A stretch of 64,000 nucleotides of DNA from Yuukianura sp. NJ FZ-2021 (Eukaryota). The notes under the pieces were generated by a model. It was not told where the DNA came from. It did not search any database and saw only the letters and a program-made list of their open reading frames with translations. This document shows positions 36,236 to 50,506 of this stretch, piece after piece (within the stretch, counting starts at the first letter, position 1; every line of letters starts with the position of its first letter). The translations under genes and the position numbers were made by a program. The stretch covers positions 6,696,001-6,760,000 of the forward strand of contig CM102286.1 in the NCBI GenBank assembly GCA_046563655.1. The letters run 5' to 3'.

Positions 36236-39200
36236 TCCCTTGAACAAAACATTTTCAGTTTTATTATTAGTTTATTTTGTAAATACTCGGATGAAACTTA
36301 ATGAAATATTTCAATCTAACAAACTCTTTATAAAACTTAATGAAATATTCAAATCTTAGCAAACTCTTTACATTTTTTACATTTTGACGTTTTGCTCTTT
36401 ACGAAATCATGAGTCTGGGTTACAAAATGACAATTTTCACAATTTTCCCTACTAACGAGGAAAGTCTTTTAACGCAATTAACCTTCACCGAAAAAAAAGA
36501 AGTTACTTTTGGACTACTATCTCACCAAAAAAATTATTTTTACTCCAGAGGGGGTACACCGACGTATTGATTGTTAATCTCTGCATACATCTTCTCAATT
36601 TTGAAAACAAGTTAACTACTGTGTTAGGTAGTGGAATTTTAGGAATTCAAGAACACGACAAATGGAAAGGTGGGTTTAAAAAACTTTGGATTTGAACCGA
36701 AGTTTGAACGCCTGAGAAACACTGTGTAGCCGTCAAACGCTAAGTAGTTTTTGAACTTTTCCTGTTTTAGTACTAACCTAAAGATTTTAAGCCATTATCG
36801 CCGCCCTATTTTGACATGACACCAAATGCCATAACGATTCTAAGACCCATTGAGTGGAAACCTACATTAACGTAAGGAAAAGTCTAAAGATCACCTGGAT
36901 TTAAACTTCAATCGCTCTGGACCACTTAGTCCGTAATCCGCAGAGCTCAACTGCTTGACTTTCTAGTCGAGATGGAAACTGTCTGAAGAGGAACAAAGGT
37001 GTTGTTATGTTAGAACCTTTACCAACAAGGTTCAGATGTCATTGTGAAAATCAATTTGTCATGGGGTAGTTCTCACTTTTGAAGGAGTGGCCGTAACCCA
37101 TTTCCATCTTATTCTTAGCATGGGTTAATCGTAAAATCCGTAAGGGAGTCCAGGATTCCTCCTGACTATGGACATCTTAATTTATACTAATTCTCAGCGG
37201 GGATTACTAGACATGAATCTCATTTTTGTTATTGTTCAAAATACGACGCTTCTTTTTCAGGGTCACGTTGGTGTTAATGTTGTCTAAGTTCCAATCTTTT
37301 ACTTCACTTTAACTCAACCTTGATCTTTTCAAAGCTGCTACATTTTCTAAACGTTTGATTTGTAACGTGAAATGCTAGAGCCACGAAAACTAAGATTTTT
37401 GAGAAAAACTTTTTTGTAACTTGAAGCAACGACACTGCGACATAATGCAGTTACAGATGCTGTTAGCTGTTTTATGGCTACTTTAGGCGACCAATGACCA
37501 CAGAGACGATGCAATCCAATAATTTTCTAGAATATGAATATGGGCAAAACAACTCTTTAGAACTTTGGTTCCTTGGGCATAGAATCGAGATATGGATCGG
37601 AATCGGATCTGGGAGGGATGCTTAGAATTTCCGTTGAATGGGACAGAGATGCCTCCTATTGTGAAGACTGAAGTCATTGTTACGAGGTTAACAATAATGT
37701 CACATCTTTTCCGTCAGCTTGCGGGGGACTGGAAGGAAAAGGAAACAATACACAATGCCCAAGTGCAGTATACATCGCATCGCAATATGCTTTTTGGAAT
37801 AACTGGCACATTGTCGCTTCAAAATTTTATGTTCATGATCATCCATTCTGCCTAAAGAAAACATTTGGAGAGACGAGGGATGGAGAAATCAGGGAAAGAG
37901 GGAGGATTCACGCATATACGTAATGGCGTTGTTGTTTGAACCCGAACGTTTCGTTTTTTGACCCCCGAGCTATTTCCCGCCAAACTAAAAGTCGTTGGAC
38001 TTTAATCCCAACAAAAGTCAAATCCAGCAAGAACTAAAAGTCAAATATGTAATGTAAACAACTGTCCATTAGCGACAGTTCTCAATTTTCAAAATATGTG
38101 CAAAAGGTTTTGAACCAATTATACTCTACTGCAAAATTTATGGAAATATGCTAAGCTTTATTTTTTTTAAAAGCATTTATTTGCCGGAAATTTATGAGGT
38201 TAAACAAAGTACACAAAGTTATATGCCTATTATGAAATCATATTCCACGCAAACGTGAAATACTGTGGCGGTTTGAAGGTCATAGGTCAAGTCGAGTTGT
38301 TTTTTGAAATGCTGTTCATGCAATTTGAGGGGAAAAGGAGAAAACATGGCAACGAGAATACAAACTTTCAAGAGAAAGGTCGTCGATGATAAACTTTAGA
38401 CCTATGACTTCGCTTTTACGACCACGTAATGAGAATTGTGAGTGACCCGTCGAAATTTAATACATGTTGGCCATGATGCACAGAATTTTTTTCCTTACAG
38501 GTAGAACATATTAATTCTGCCTTTGTTGAAATGCAAATCGTACATTACGTAGTGTTAAATTTAAGATTTTCAGAAACAGAGGCCAAAAATATAATTACTC
38601 ACTTTTTAAAAGTACCTTCTCTATACAATTTCTGTGTATAAGCCTGTTGGCTAATTCCCGTATTCAATCACCAGAATGCGAATATTATGTCAACATTTTT
38701 AGTTATGAGTGAAAGTGAACCATATAGTTATCTTACAATCTCTTTGAATGTTTTACATTCATTTACCCCGCTCCTGCTGTTCTTCTGTTTAACTTAACAC
38801 CATTCTGCTTAAACGACTTTCCATACTTCAGTAATGAGTTTAAAGTTTAAGGAGGACAAATTTTTTGTTGTTGAACTAAAACAATCAAGTTAAGTTGAAA
38901 AAATTTCCCATAAGTGGAGAATGTATTGAACACTGCCATAAATTCTACTAAAACGCACATGTTAGTACAATACACTTTAAATTGCCCGCGTTGGAAAAAT
39001 TGATCCTGATTTTTGGAAAGAGGTCGAGAGAAAGTAGTGTTTGGCTGAAGTGAGCCCATTTGAGCCCTTTTATGAAGTAAAGGTGGTGTGATAAACCTGT
39101 GTAAGTAGGATTTTGGTGGAGCTATAAAAGTAAAAGTTGAACTCACTTTCAGCTACTTATTAAAGTAATCTCCTTTGTTTCTCTCGTGCCAGTTATGGAG

Positions 39201-42200
39201 AGTGAGAATAGTGTTTGGCCTAATGTTTAAACTTAGCCCATCAAAATTCCCGGATCCAGAACGGTTGCATGGCCTCAGAGAAGGCACAGTTTTCATTAAA
39301 GGAAATAAAATATTCATTTATACCAAGGTTAAGTTTCAACCATTTTAACACTTGAAAACCGTCTTCCAGTGCCCATTACTTTTGAAATATACGACGCTCG
39401 ATTAAAGCATTCCTCGCTCAATATTGTTACAATAAGAGCACATCCGAGTTTAGAAAAGTGCAACACACTTTTTCATTAAAGTTCAACCATTTCTAGCAGC
39501 AGGATAGTACAATTATTAAATACTCCATATTTAGTTGGTATTGTTCATAATGTCCTTCTGACCAGAGGGAGAAAGTTCTAACAAATACTTAGGCAATAAA
39601 CGTTGGAGCAATTTCAATGTAAGCAGTAGGATTATTTGAAAGGGAAAGTTGATTATAGTGTAATAAGCTGGTAACAGCGAAGTATCGAAAGCGTAAGTGT
39701 CAGTTAAGTAGGAATTACGTATTGACTTTACACACAGTTACCACGTCGTGGCCCTCAAAATATTGACCAGTGTAGACCAATTTGAGTGAAATAACTACAT
39801 AATAACTCCTTTTGCTAAGTCAAACAGCATTAGTTTTCCTACTGTCAAATATTTCTTGAGCCGCAAATGTAGCTGATTGACTTATTAGAACCCGCAATTA
39901 AACTTTTCAAACTGGTGATGAATTGTCATAAATAACAAATGCTCGCTACAACGAAAACGATTAAACCGAAACGTTGAATCTTGTGCTGATAGTTACGTCG
40001 AATTTAGGAAGCCGTAGACGTCCAGACAGACATACAGTTTCGATGGAATAAAGTAACTTTTCCGCCTTAATACATGGTAATGCGAGGTTATCGCTTGCAA
40101 TAGCTCGACATTAATCGTGCCCTTAACTTTCTTCGAGTGCATATCTTTATGGATTCAATTTGCTTATGCTTTCCCCTCTCCCCTCCACAAAGACCTTTGA
40201 GTTGCAGCCCATATGTGCAAAGTGCAACGACTTTCCCCATCTTTCTCTGTTGTAACCCCCTAGACTCCCACTCAACTTTATTGTTTTAATGGCAACTCCG
40301 TCATCTATGAAATAGTATGATTATTTTCAGAGTAATGAACATTCAACGATGACGGCGAAATGCGTAACTTATACTATAACTTTACCCTTCCTTATTTCCA
40401 TGCACATTACCAGGCCGTTTTTATTACTCTCAATAAAACAAAGTATTCAATAAACAATAAAACCATTCTTGATCCTAATTCGACTGAATATAAACGAGGG
40501 CATCAATGGTTTGGTTATTCGGTTATTACCGAAGTTATTCAGTTGATTAAGTTTTTAATTTAACTTAACCCCAGCTATCTCAAAACTAAAAAAAAACTGC
40601 AGTGGCGCAGAGGCGGAGTACCAGAAAAGAGATTGCATACAGAAGTATTTAATTTTAAGTAGAGATTCTATAAATCATTGCCCTTAGACAATTGTGAAAG
40701 TTGAACTGAATACTGATGCGACGATATGATATAAATTCCTAGTCTTTTTGGAACTGTATTTGGAAGTTAAAATGCAACCAGCGTTGGCAATCTTTTTCCG
40801 CCTTGACAAAAGGATTTTATTAAAAAGTTGAGATGCCAGTCAAGCACATCTAAAACAAAAACTAAACTGAAATTGTTTCGTGAGTGTAAAGTGGGGTTGT
40901 TTAGAAGAAAATTCCAGTTCTCGTACAATGTTTGTCAGAGCGGCTCCCTTATTTGCCGTAGTCTGAATCCTTCTGTGAGTTAGTAATAATCAGGAACAAG
41001 GGAACTTTAAGAACAAGGATTATAAGGTCTGTGAGTTCAAACTTCGGTCCTTTGCACTAAGCGACTTTCTTCCGAGTCAGTTTCCAGCGTTTTAGTATCT
41101 AGACCTCGTGTGGCACTTTCCCTTAGCCTACTTTCCAGCACAAGTTATGAGAATCGATAAGCTTTAAAAATTCTTTTCAGTTTGCCTACTTTCCGAATGT
41201 GCTCGTAAAAGTGTAGTGTCGCCTGGCGAAGAAAGGAACCTGTCAGTGCCTCCTTGGAGAGATTTGCAATGAGAGAGAGCCTGGAAGTAAACGGAGGTTC
41301 CTTTGTCCGGCCCTTCCAGTGTCATTCATGGAATATTTAATAACAGTTTCAGCGTTGCGATTTGTGAGAGTTTGTTCAGCTGCTTGTGAGTAGGAGAAAG
41401 TCCTGGAGAGGACTATCCAATTAGAAGAGGCGCACAAGGTGCAGGCATAGTCACCTCCATTATGATACGCAGAGTTCAGAGTTCCATGGTTCCAGCGTCA
41501 AATCATAAGGACCAAGGTGGAGGTTAATTAAAAACTTATTTCGAAACTCCTCTACACTTTGAACTCAAAAATATGCTTTATGGGAGGAACAGCCAAAGTT
41601 CTTATTCAAGATGAAAGAAAGATGAGACTAGGAATTAATGACTCACGAAGCAAATTATGACTCTCCTGCTAACAACCAAAAATTCTGAGACGCCCTCCCT
41701 GCCTTGCTTAATACATAACATGCTTTCTTTCGCACCTCTTTTGTCAAGTTCACAGAAAATGTTGCTTAACAGACAAAGGAGCTTCATGATTGAATAGTTG
41801 GATGCGACCGTTAGTTTTTCATGACAACTGGACTGTCTTGAGCAGTGTTTTGTAAGCTCATCTTCAGGAATTTTTCAAGAACAAAATAATTTTGAGTCAA
41901 GACTAATGAATAGGCTTAGCTTTTGTTTTAATTAGGAGTCAGCTAAAACTTATTAATAAGCCTACACGTCCCCAAGCGTAGAATTTGTCTTGTTTCATTT
42001 TTATTTTCTCCGCCCCTTCTCCAATCATTTTGTTCAGGCAGTTATGATTACCGAGCATACTTTTCAGGCATTTTAGATGCAATCTAAATTTCAGAATAAA
42101 AAAAATAGTAGTTCTACGAACAAAACGATTCCAACAAAGTCACCAAATCACCCACCGCAACGCTTATTCCAATATTGCATAATGGTGTCGTGCATAATCG

Positions 42201-43776
42201 ATCCACCATTCCATAAAGCTACGAAATTCTATCCTGCAAATCCTAGCATTTTATTTTAAGCTGCGATTCTTACTGGTGTTTGCGTACACCTCCATTATAT
42301 TATGGCGGGAGAACCCCAGTGTATGTGACATGTTCATTCAAACGTCATTTGGAATTTGCACCACAACAGACTGACTGATCGCCTCCACTGTTCAGTGTGC
42401 CAGAAAACTGAAAGCCTCAAAATCCTATTCAGGAACTTCCTGAATTACATACCGTCCTCTCGGCCTCACTTTGTATACGTGCTTCCAAAATGGAGAAATT
42501 ACTCAAAGTCATACCATTTTTGTCATGTGTCAAGCAGGTTTTCCTCCAATTCAATTTCAAAAACTAATCAAATTATACGTTTTACAAGGTTATAGACCAC
42601 TCTGAAGTTTGAATGTTTTCAAGTTACGTTTTGAGTTGTACCATCGCTTCAAATTTTGTTCGGATTGACGTAAATTTTAAATATACGCGGAACTACATCT
42701 GTCATTCGATCTGAAAGTTGCAAATAAGCTTCGTTTGTACGTATAAGCAAGTCAAAAGATCAAAACGGTGTTGAGATTGAGTGACGGAGCTCTGCAGTAG
42801 CTTCCAGAGACAACCGTAAAGATCGCTTTGCCAATTTGAAATTCAGTTCACGTCTTGTGATGTCTACTGTCAAATGAGATTTTATTGTAGTTTAGGACTG
42901 GTAGCAAAGAAGTTAAATTAATATGCCTATTATCCACCTCACAACAATTCTAATTTCCATGCTTCATTAAAGCCTTTTTAGTTATCAACGCTGACAGAAT
43001 GCCAGGAGGCTGTTCAAACAATGAAAGTTACGATTCAGCGGAGCTCAAATCCGCGTTAACACGATTCGGCACAGCTACAGTGAGTTTGCAGCTCCAGCGA
43101 AGTGGAATTTTCTGTAAACTTTTTTTTATCTTGTTGGTCACTTTCTCAAAAATAAAACGAAACAAATCCAGGCAGCCGACTGAAAGTTTGGCGTGACTGC
43201 TGAACTTTGTTCGTTTGGCATCGAATATAATTGTTCATGCGGAGTGCATTTGGCTCATTTAATAACTGAAGGATGGAAAGACCGTTGAAGTTGAGGCGGA
43301 GATTAAGAACTAGCGGAAAATAAATTTGTTGCCACGCAGCGCCATGTTGTTTGGCTATAGTTTCATTTTGATAGCAAAGTTAAACGCGCCTTTACTAAAC
43401 AAAGTTTTGGTTTAAAACCTAAGTTTTAAACAATCTTGGTTCATGGGTACTTTGAGAGGGCAGCTATGGAAAACTTCAGTTCCAAAATACAGGAAAAACT
43501 TATGTAAGTAGCTTATTTCTGAAAAGTGTTGGAGAAGCATACTCTGCGTTGCTATTCATTTCGCTAAAGTTTGTTTAAAAGTTTGTGTAGGCATTAAATT
43601 CGAAACCAATCATGCTACTATATGTATTGCTCTGAAAATATTTACATGTTAGCAGGAATTGGGTATTAAAGGCGCACTCAAAACGATTTAATGCTTTTCC
43701 TTGACATAAAATTCTAAACACTATAATAATACAAGTATTGGAAACTTTTAATTTTTTAATTTTTTATTTTCCGCAG

Positions 43777-43909
43777 GTCCGATTATGGATGTCTATGCAG
43801 TTGCACATAAAAAAGCTCTTCTTCCGTGCGATATTAGTCCACCCATCATGTCCGATTCAACAATTTTGGTACTTTGGTACAAAGACTTGGGAGATATGCC
43901 TATCTACAG
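43777..43909 (+). CDS. Sidestep-family Ig protein exon (first half of Ig-V domain 1)
   Basis: Acceptor TTTTCCGCAG, donor AG|GTAAGA; encodes GPIMDVYAVAHKKALLPCDISPPIMSDSTILVLWYKDLGDMPIYS. Confidence 0.92.
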
Positions 43910-46900
43910 GTAAGAAATTTAAACTACGTATGCCATAAGTATTGTCATAGTTAATCTTTGTTTAACAAAAAGTTTTGCAAGAAGGAAAGTAAGAAATTAA
44001 GATTTTGTATTTTAATTCAAAACAATTCAAGGGCCGGAATATTTTCTTTAACATATGCCAAGTTTGTGCGTAACGCTTCAATAAATAATGCAAAACAAAC
44101 AGGAACAAAAATATTGCAGCAACTAGCATTTGATAAGAAATGGCAAACTTCCAAATTTGCAAGTTTACTTTTCTCTCCTAATTAGAACTTACAAATGCTT
44201 CACTTTGTTGATTTTTTTTGTTATCTTAAGAAGTTGAAATACTTACAACACAAGAATATTTAAACAAAAGTAAGGTTTATTCCTAACGTAACTTAATTCC
44301 ATTTGCTGCACAATTCTGTCCTTGTGAAAACTCTAAAAAACTAAAGCGTGGCTGTTGGCATTTTTGAAGAAAGAAGCGGGAGAAAGTTAGACACTGACAC
44401 TTTGAAGATGTAAGGTGTGCAAAGGTGAAAAGTTTTAGTGTGGCATGGAAGCCGAATGGGAGATTCCCTGTCATCAAGCCCATTATCATATCCAGGCCAT
44501 CCTTACTTTGCCCCAAGTGCTTTCACTTCTAATCCAAGTCCAAAGAACCACCGACTACTTTCTCCCGCCTACCATTTAAACTTTGTCATGAAAAGACCTC
44601 AAGCGATCCTTCCAGTCCACGATATTTTACTTACTCTTCAAAAGTTAAAAGTTGAGAAACTTTTCCTTGGCCTGGAAAGAGAAACCAAACAAGTAGGCTC
44701 GCTTCTGCTAGAACTTTTCTCCCTACTAGGTCCTTATTTGAAGACGTCTCAAGTGAAATGGCTCTTAGCTGTTGGAGGTAGTTTGGAACTCTTTGTCTAA
44801 GCAGCCTTTCAATTCATCTTCAGCCCCGTTTTAAACACACTCAGAAACTGTCAAGTTGTTGTGAGAGAAATCCAGTAGAAATGTTTCTCCGGGGGAGGAC
44901 GAGTCAGCAGTAGTTTTTAGACTAAGAATTCTACAGTATCAGCAAACGCAATGGATAAGTGACGTGTCTTGCCTGTATCAGTTGACCTAGGTTGAACGAA
45001 ACGCGAGTCTGTAACTAGGCAAAATGTTCTTGTTCAAGAGCTTCTTGTCTTGGCATCATCTTTCTCTGAGGAACAGAGGGACATGGAAACGTAACTGCAT
45101 TCCAGAAACTGGCTCAGAGCAATGTGTACCTTTTAGGATTCATCTTGAAAGTCATTCAATTTAGGCTTCTGAAGAAATGCATGGAACGGCTATAATCTGA
45201 ATGCTCCTTACGAGCTGAGCTGGCTCAAAGTGAAGTAGTTTCTCCGTATTCGCTTTTCTTAACTCCTAATGTCATCTTGGAGCAATTTTTCACATGAATT
45301 AACCCAAAGTTCCTTGAACTACTTTTTAAAGAGCCTTGTCTCCACTTTCTCCGCCAAGCCTTTCGCTTCCTACTTTCACTTTACCCGAAAATGCAAGTTT
45401 TAGTAATTAATCCAAAGGCAACAAGTTTACTTTCCGCTCAACTTTTTCTTAATTATTTCAAGAGCTAACTTTATTACTGGCGTTCGTGTCGTTCGCGACC
45501 CATTAGAGAACTAAAAACATACTTCGTTCTACTTTCCTCTTATAATTTACTTTGTTTATTTTCATAACTTGAAAAATAATCACAGCATCAAGGTTATCCT
45601 ACGTTTCGTTTTACAAAGTTCCGTGAACTTTATCTCAACTTTAAGAACTATTTTGCTAAAATTGAGCGAAGAGGAATTGGATGTAACTTCAATAATTTCG
45701 ATGCTTCTTCCCCCCATGTATTTCGCAAAAGAAAAGGCCTGCGGAGATCGGGCGTGAATTTTTCCACCTTTCCTCTACGGTGCATCAGGATTGTGTGCAA
45801 AGTGAAAGAGGAGATGGGGGAAAATACAAGAAAGAAATTACATTTCCTTTGAGTTGGGGATCCCGCCTGTTAGTTCTGTTCCTGCTTTTTCTTTTTCCTT
45901 TCCTCCCCCGTAGCCTCCGAGTAAGTATACAGCACCGACGTCCTAATGATGGCTACCTAGAATTGGACAATGGCGGCGGCATGAGTGGCGTCTTTGTGCT
46001 TGGATAACTGCTCCACAACAATTTCCTAGGATGCTGCTGGAGGACATGAGATTGGACCACGGGAAGAAAGGAAGCGGAAGGAACCGGTTAACCTGGTTAG
46101 AGGACTTTCTCCTTGTTTGGTCTTCATCACAAAAAGTATCTTGGCCAAACCAACTATCCTTGGCAATTGACCATTCCGAAAGAAGAAAGTGCCTCTTCTT
46201 AGACCATCTTACGCTCAACAACTTTGGCCTTGAAGTCTTTTTTATTCTACCAGTTGACATTATTTCAAGAGAATGCGAGAAGATGAGGGCAGGAGATAAA
46301 AGAGACAGATATCACAAACAAGTCCCTTAAAGGATCATTCCCGCTTTCTCCTTCAAACTTTCTCTTTCTACAAGTGGACTTAAGAAGCACTAGTCTTGTG
46401 ACAATAAACACAAAATTACAACAGCTTTTCCCCTTCTTCAAAGAAATTTCGGGTTGGTCATTCTGCCCTTCACAGAGATTTGCTCTAGAAAATTTTTAAG
46501 GTTATTTGCTTGTTATCAAGATTTTTTTGAATCACCAGCATATATGACTTTTGCTTCTTGGAAACAATTTTCTGTGACCTTTTTTGGAAACAATTTTCTG
46601 TGACCTTAGGGTTTTCGCTGCATTTAATTTTGAAAACTTATTTTTTCTGGCACAATGCATGAACAAATATTTGAGTTGAGAAGGGAATTCCAAATAGTTT
46701 AGAGGCATAAAGGAAGAAGGAAATGTGTGCAATTGAAACAACGAGTTGAAGGTGATTGCTTTCTGGATGTAATGTTCCTAGGAAGTCCCTTTGGAACAGT
46801 CTGGAGCGACGGCACTTTAGTCAAAGTGGAGCAATCACTTTGTTCTCCATCGACGACGAAATCTATTAGTCTTATGGGCCCTGTCGACTCCTGTGCCCTA

Positions 46901-49900
46901 GTGCATTCGGTACCTCTAATAGGTCAATTTGGGCTAAGGGGCAACTAATGACATTTTCTATGACTTACCCACACGTTGACTTCCAAAGTTATTAATTACA
47001 CGCCTTTCTGTTCACACTTCTGTGTGTTTTCCATCTATTAGAGCCTGTACATCTACTGTATTCACAATGTTTGTCATTTGTCGAATATGTCCACCTTTGC
47101 TCTTTGCTGTATAAAAACTTTGGAGAGATTTCGTGCCAGGCTTAGGAATCATTTGAGCATTTCCAAGGGATTGGCGTGTTTGCACAGGAATGCAGGCGTG
47201 GATCCTGCATTTGGTGTTATTAGCGGTAGGATGGTCATTACGACGGTCTATTTGCTCTGGATTTCTGCCCAGTGAGAGTTAGCAGCTCTTAGGTCATCCA
47301 GCAGCAGACGGAATGCGTGAAGAGAAACCCAAAGTTTGAAACTTTGAAAGGGAAACTTTCGTAGGGAAAGTTGCAGAGGAAAGGATTACTTGTCTGCCGT
47401 GAAGGAAAAAAAGCTTTTCCTCCTGCAAACAGACGCTCTAATGAACAGATTAGTCTTGCATTGCACAGCTCTAGTCTTCTGTAGTTCCTTTTTCTTGTAT
47501 CCGAAACAGTGAAGTTACGTCGCATTGCCTCTTCGGCGGCAGACGCGAAGAAAGTTTGAGTCACGACCTCTGCCGAGTTTCCGAGAAGCACCTAAAACCA
47601 GCTTCGTTTTATTTGGAAAAAGTTTTGCAAGTTGGTTTTTGAGATTTTGTTTCATGATGTTCTTCTTTTACTGTACTTTCTGAATCGAGGATTTTAAATC
47701 CCTTGGTCTTAAATCCTGCGCACTTTACTTAAAAATCCCCTTCGCTACGTTTCCCACCAAAACATTAATTTGGTTTGAATTGGGATTTGAGCAAATCGTA
47801 GCTCTACTGAGCTTTCGTCTTGCTCATATTTTGTGCTGAGTGGGATGTTTCGCTTAATGTATGCATGAATTCCATTAGCCACTGGAAGCTGGCGGGGAGT
47901 TGTGGATCCAAGATAACAGCTTTCACCAACTGATTGGACTAGGAAGAGCAGGAAGTGAGGATAGTCATAATGTTGAGTTATGGGAAGAGACCTGTCAAAA
48001 TCTAGTCATATGTCGAAACGAGAAGATTCAAGATGATGAGACAGGAAAAAGATGGTGGAATGTGCCGCAGGAGTATAGTGAAGGATGCGATTTCATCACT
48101 GTTCTAGACAACAAACTACCACAACGCGGTGTTTGGTTAAAGGATTCTAGTTGTGGTTACGCATTCGTTATAGGTAACCGCAAAGTACAACCTCATTCCT
48201 ACACTTTTCCGTAGTTCGCAAACTAACACAGGAGTCAATGTAGATTTCAATCAAAGCGGTTGAATTCATTCTACATCAAATTTACTTTGTACAACAACAA
48301 AAAAAATACTATTGTTCATTTCTTGGAAGAGGTCAAGTACGTCTCCCCACCTTTGTAAACGCCAAGTATACACCACACCTTGGTCAGGACTTTGAGGATT
48401 TGTGGTTGACTGTGACGCATAATTATATTCACATCTACCTCACGTATCACGAAAACCGTGTAATCGATGTCCAGTTTGTTATTGTTTGAGTTGATATATG
48501 ACACATGGAACACAAGTTTGCAAGCGAATGAGTAAGTGCTTCATGCTTCATAAACGACACATTATTGGGTGGACAATATTTCAGTGTTTTATGACCAAGC
48601 TATGCCAAAGGGTTTGACCTCTGAAGTAAAACCCAAAGCTTAATGATAATGGAAAGTCATTCGTTTTCCGGTAAAAGCATTTACTGCAATTAAATAACTT
48701 TACAGGCCTATTTGTGGCAGACTGACACAACTTGATTGATATTTGTTCAGCGTCATTCCTGAAAATAAGTTGTGATATAAGTTTACATGTGATAGGCATA
48801 CCTCAAAAATCCCCTTTACTATTTTTTCTTTTAGTTAGAAATAGCAACTTGAATGAATTGGAAAAATAAAGTAACGTAAAAATGTGTTTGACATTTTAGT
48901 GCTTACTTTTTTTTTTTTTACATCGAAGTACCAACCAAAAGGTCTCACAAAATTTTCGTTGTTTTTAAGTAACGAGAATTACAATGACAATAGTAATTAA
49001 GTGCATGACAGTTGGGGCTTGCCTAATTCGATATGGGAAACATTTTTTAACCGATTTCTAGTAATTTCGACTTTTTGAATGTATACATGTTCAGATGTAG
49101 CCACTTTTTATAGGTAAAAAAATTCATGCAAGAAAAAGAATTAATTATTCACAACAAAACTTCTTCATCATGACCTTTGGAAAAGGAATACATTGGCAGA
49201 ACATTTGAGTCGACATTCATAGTTGGATGACAAAATGTCAAATGTGAATGACGAATTACCATACACTTTACTATGACACTGGAGAAAGCAGGAGAGAAAT
49301 GCTGTTAAAAGCAAACAACGTTAGTGGTTTGAGAAAAGCACACTTGGCATACACGTTGATGTCAAACATACTTTAAGGAGGAAGTCATGTGTTTTTCTGT
49401 TTGCTTGGGTCGTAATGCGTGTATTGAAAAGCGGATGAAAGGCAGTTTTCTTAAACGTCATGGACAGGAAGCAGAGTAATTTGCGTTTCCACTTGAAAAC
49501 GGTGAAAGCTGCCTAATTCCCCTCTTCTCCACCTTTCTCCTTTAGTACGGATATTGATCGTAGCGGCGGCGTGAGAAGCGATTAGGGTTCTAATAACTGG
49601 TTTCTGTGGTCGTCTGCACCGAAGCGATTCAAAGCCTCATCCGAAGAGATGCTTGGAATTGTTAATGCTCTTATTAGCACCAGAAAACCCTCCTTCTCGC
49701 AGATTGAATCTAGTCCTAGGAAATGGACAAGTGAAACCGTGGCATGAACTTAAACAACTGATTAAACCGGACCTGTTCCGGCAAAAGCTCCTTCCGAAAA
49801 TTATGACTTGACTTTTCGCGGGAGAAGAGCTGGGATGAGCTCTCCAATGGAAGCGGCAGTTTGGAGATCTAATTTATCCTTAATGAGTTTGGTTTAAAAG

Positions 49901-50306
49901 CTCTTTGAAAGCTTCGAGGAGTGCGGTCTCTGGGCCTTCAGCCAAATTCCTGTTGTCTCATATAATTCAATTTGGAATTAGTATTTTCCGATTCTCATGC
50001 TACAATATTAGGATGAAACGAAAGTCTCTTGTGAGCTGACTTTTGGAAAGAGTTGATCCCGCGGCTTGATTAAAATAATTGTTTTGGGGCAGACATATTG
50101 TCAATTAGCTTTTGTGCAGAATTAAATTTCGCGCTTGACAAAGTTACAAGGAAATGGAGGCGGGAGAAGTGGTTGACTCTGCCGGACATGTCGAGAGTCG
50201 AGTCATGTCACTTGGGAATTCTCCAGTTTTTTAATATAAATGTTAAACTCAAGAGGTCGAGCACAAATCTTTTCCTGGAAACCTGATTTTTTTTTTCTGT
50301 TTGCAG

Positions 50307-50506
50307 CTATGACGCTCGGACTCAACCTGGAAGTCATACGAAGAACGAAGTCCTACTGGCCAAAAGAGCTTACTTCCGGACAGTGACTGAACCGGCGTCG
50401 CTGTCGATCGATAGTGTCAGCGAAAGTGACGCTGGACTGTATCGCTGCAGAGTGGATTTCCTCAAATCACCGACGAGGAACAGTAAAGTCAATTTAAGCG
50501 TCATAG
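50307..50506 (+). CDS. Sidestep-family Ig protein exon (second half of Ig-V domain 1)
   Basis: Acceptor TTTGCAG, donor G|GTGAGC; encodes YDARTQPGSH..RAYFRTVTEPASLSIDSVSESDAGLYRCRVDFLKSPTRNSKVNLSVI. YRCRVDFxxSPTRN is typical of sidestep-family proteins. Confidence 0.95.

Noticed and set aside
36294..36370. Imperfect direct duplication of about 38 bp beside the foldback
   Set aside because: Both copies lie on one side of the foldback, so it is not a TSD; ordinary local slippage.
46558..46607. Tandem duplication with 26-bp period (TTGGAAACAATTTTCTGTGACCTT x2)
   Set aside because: Simple intronic duplication with no further structure.
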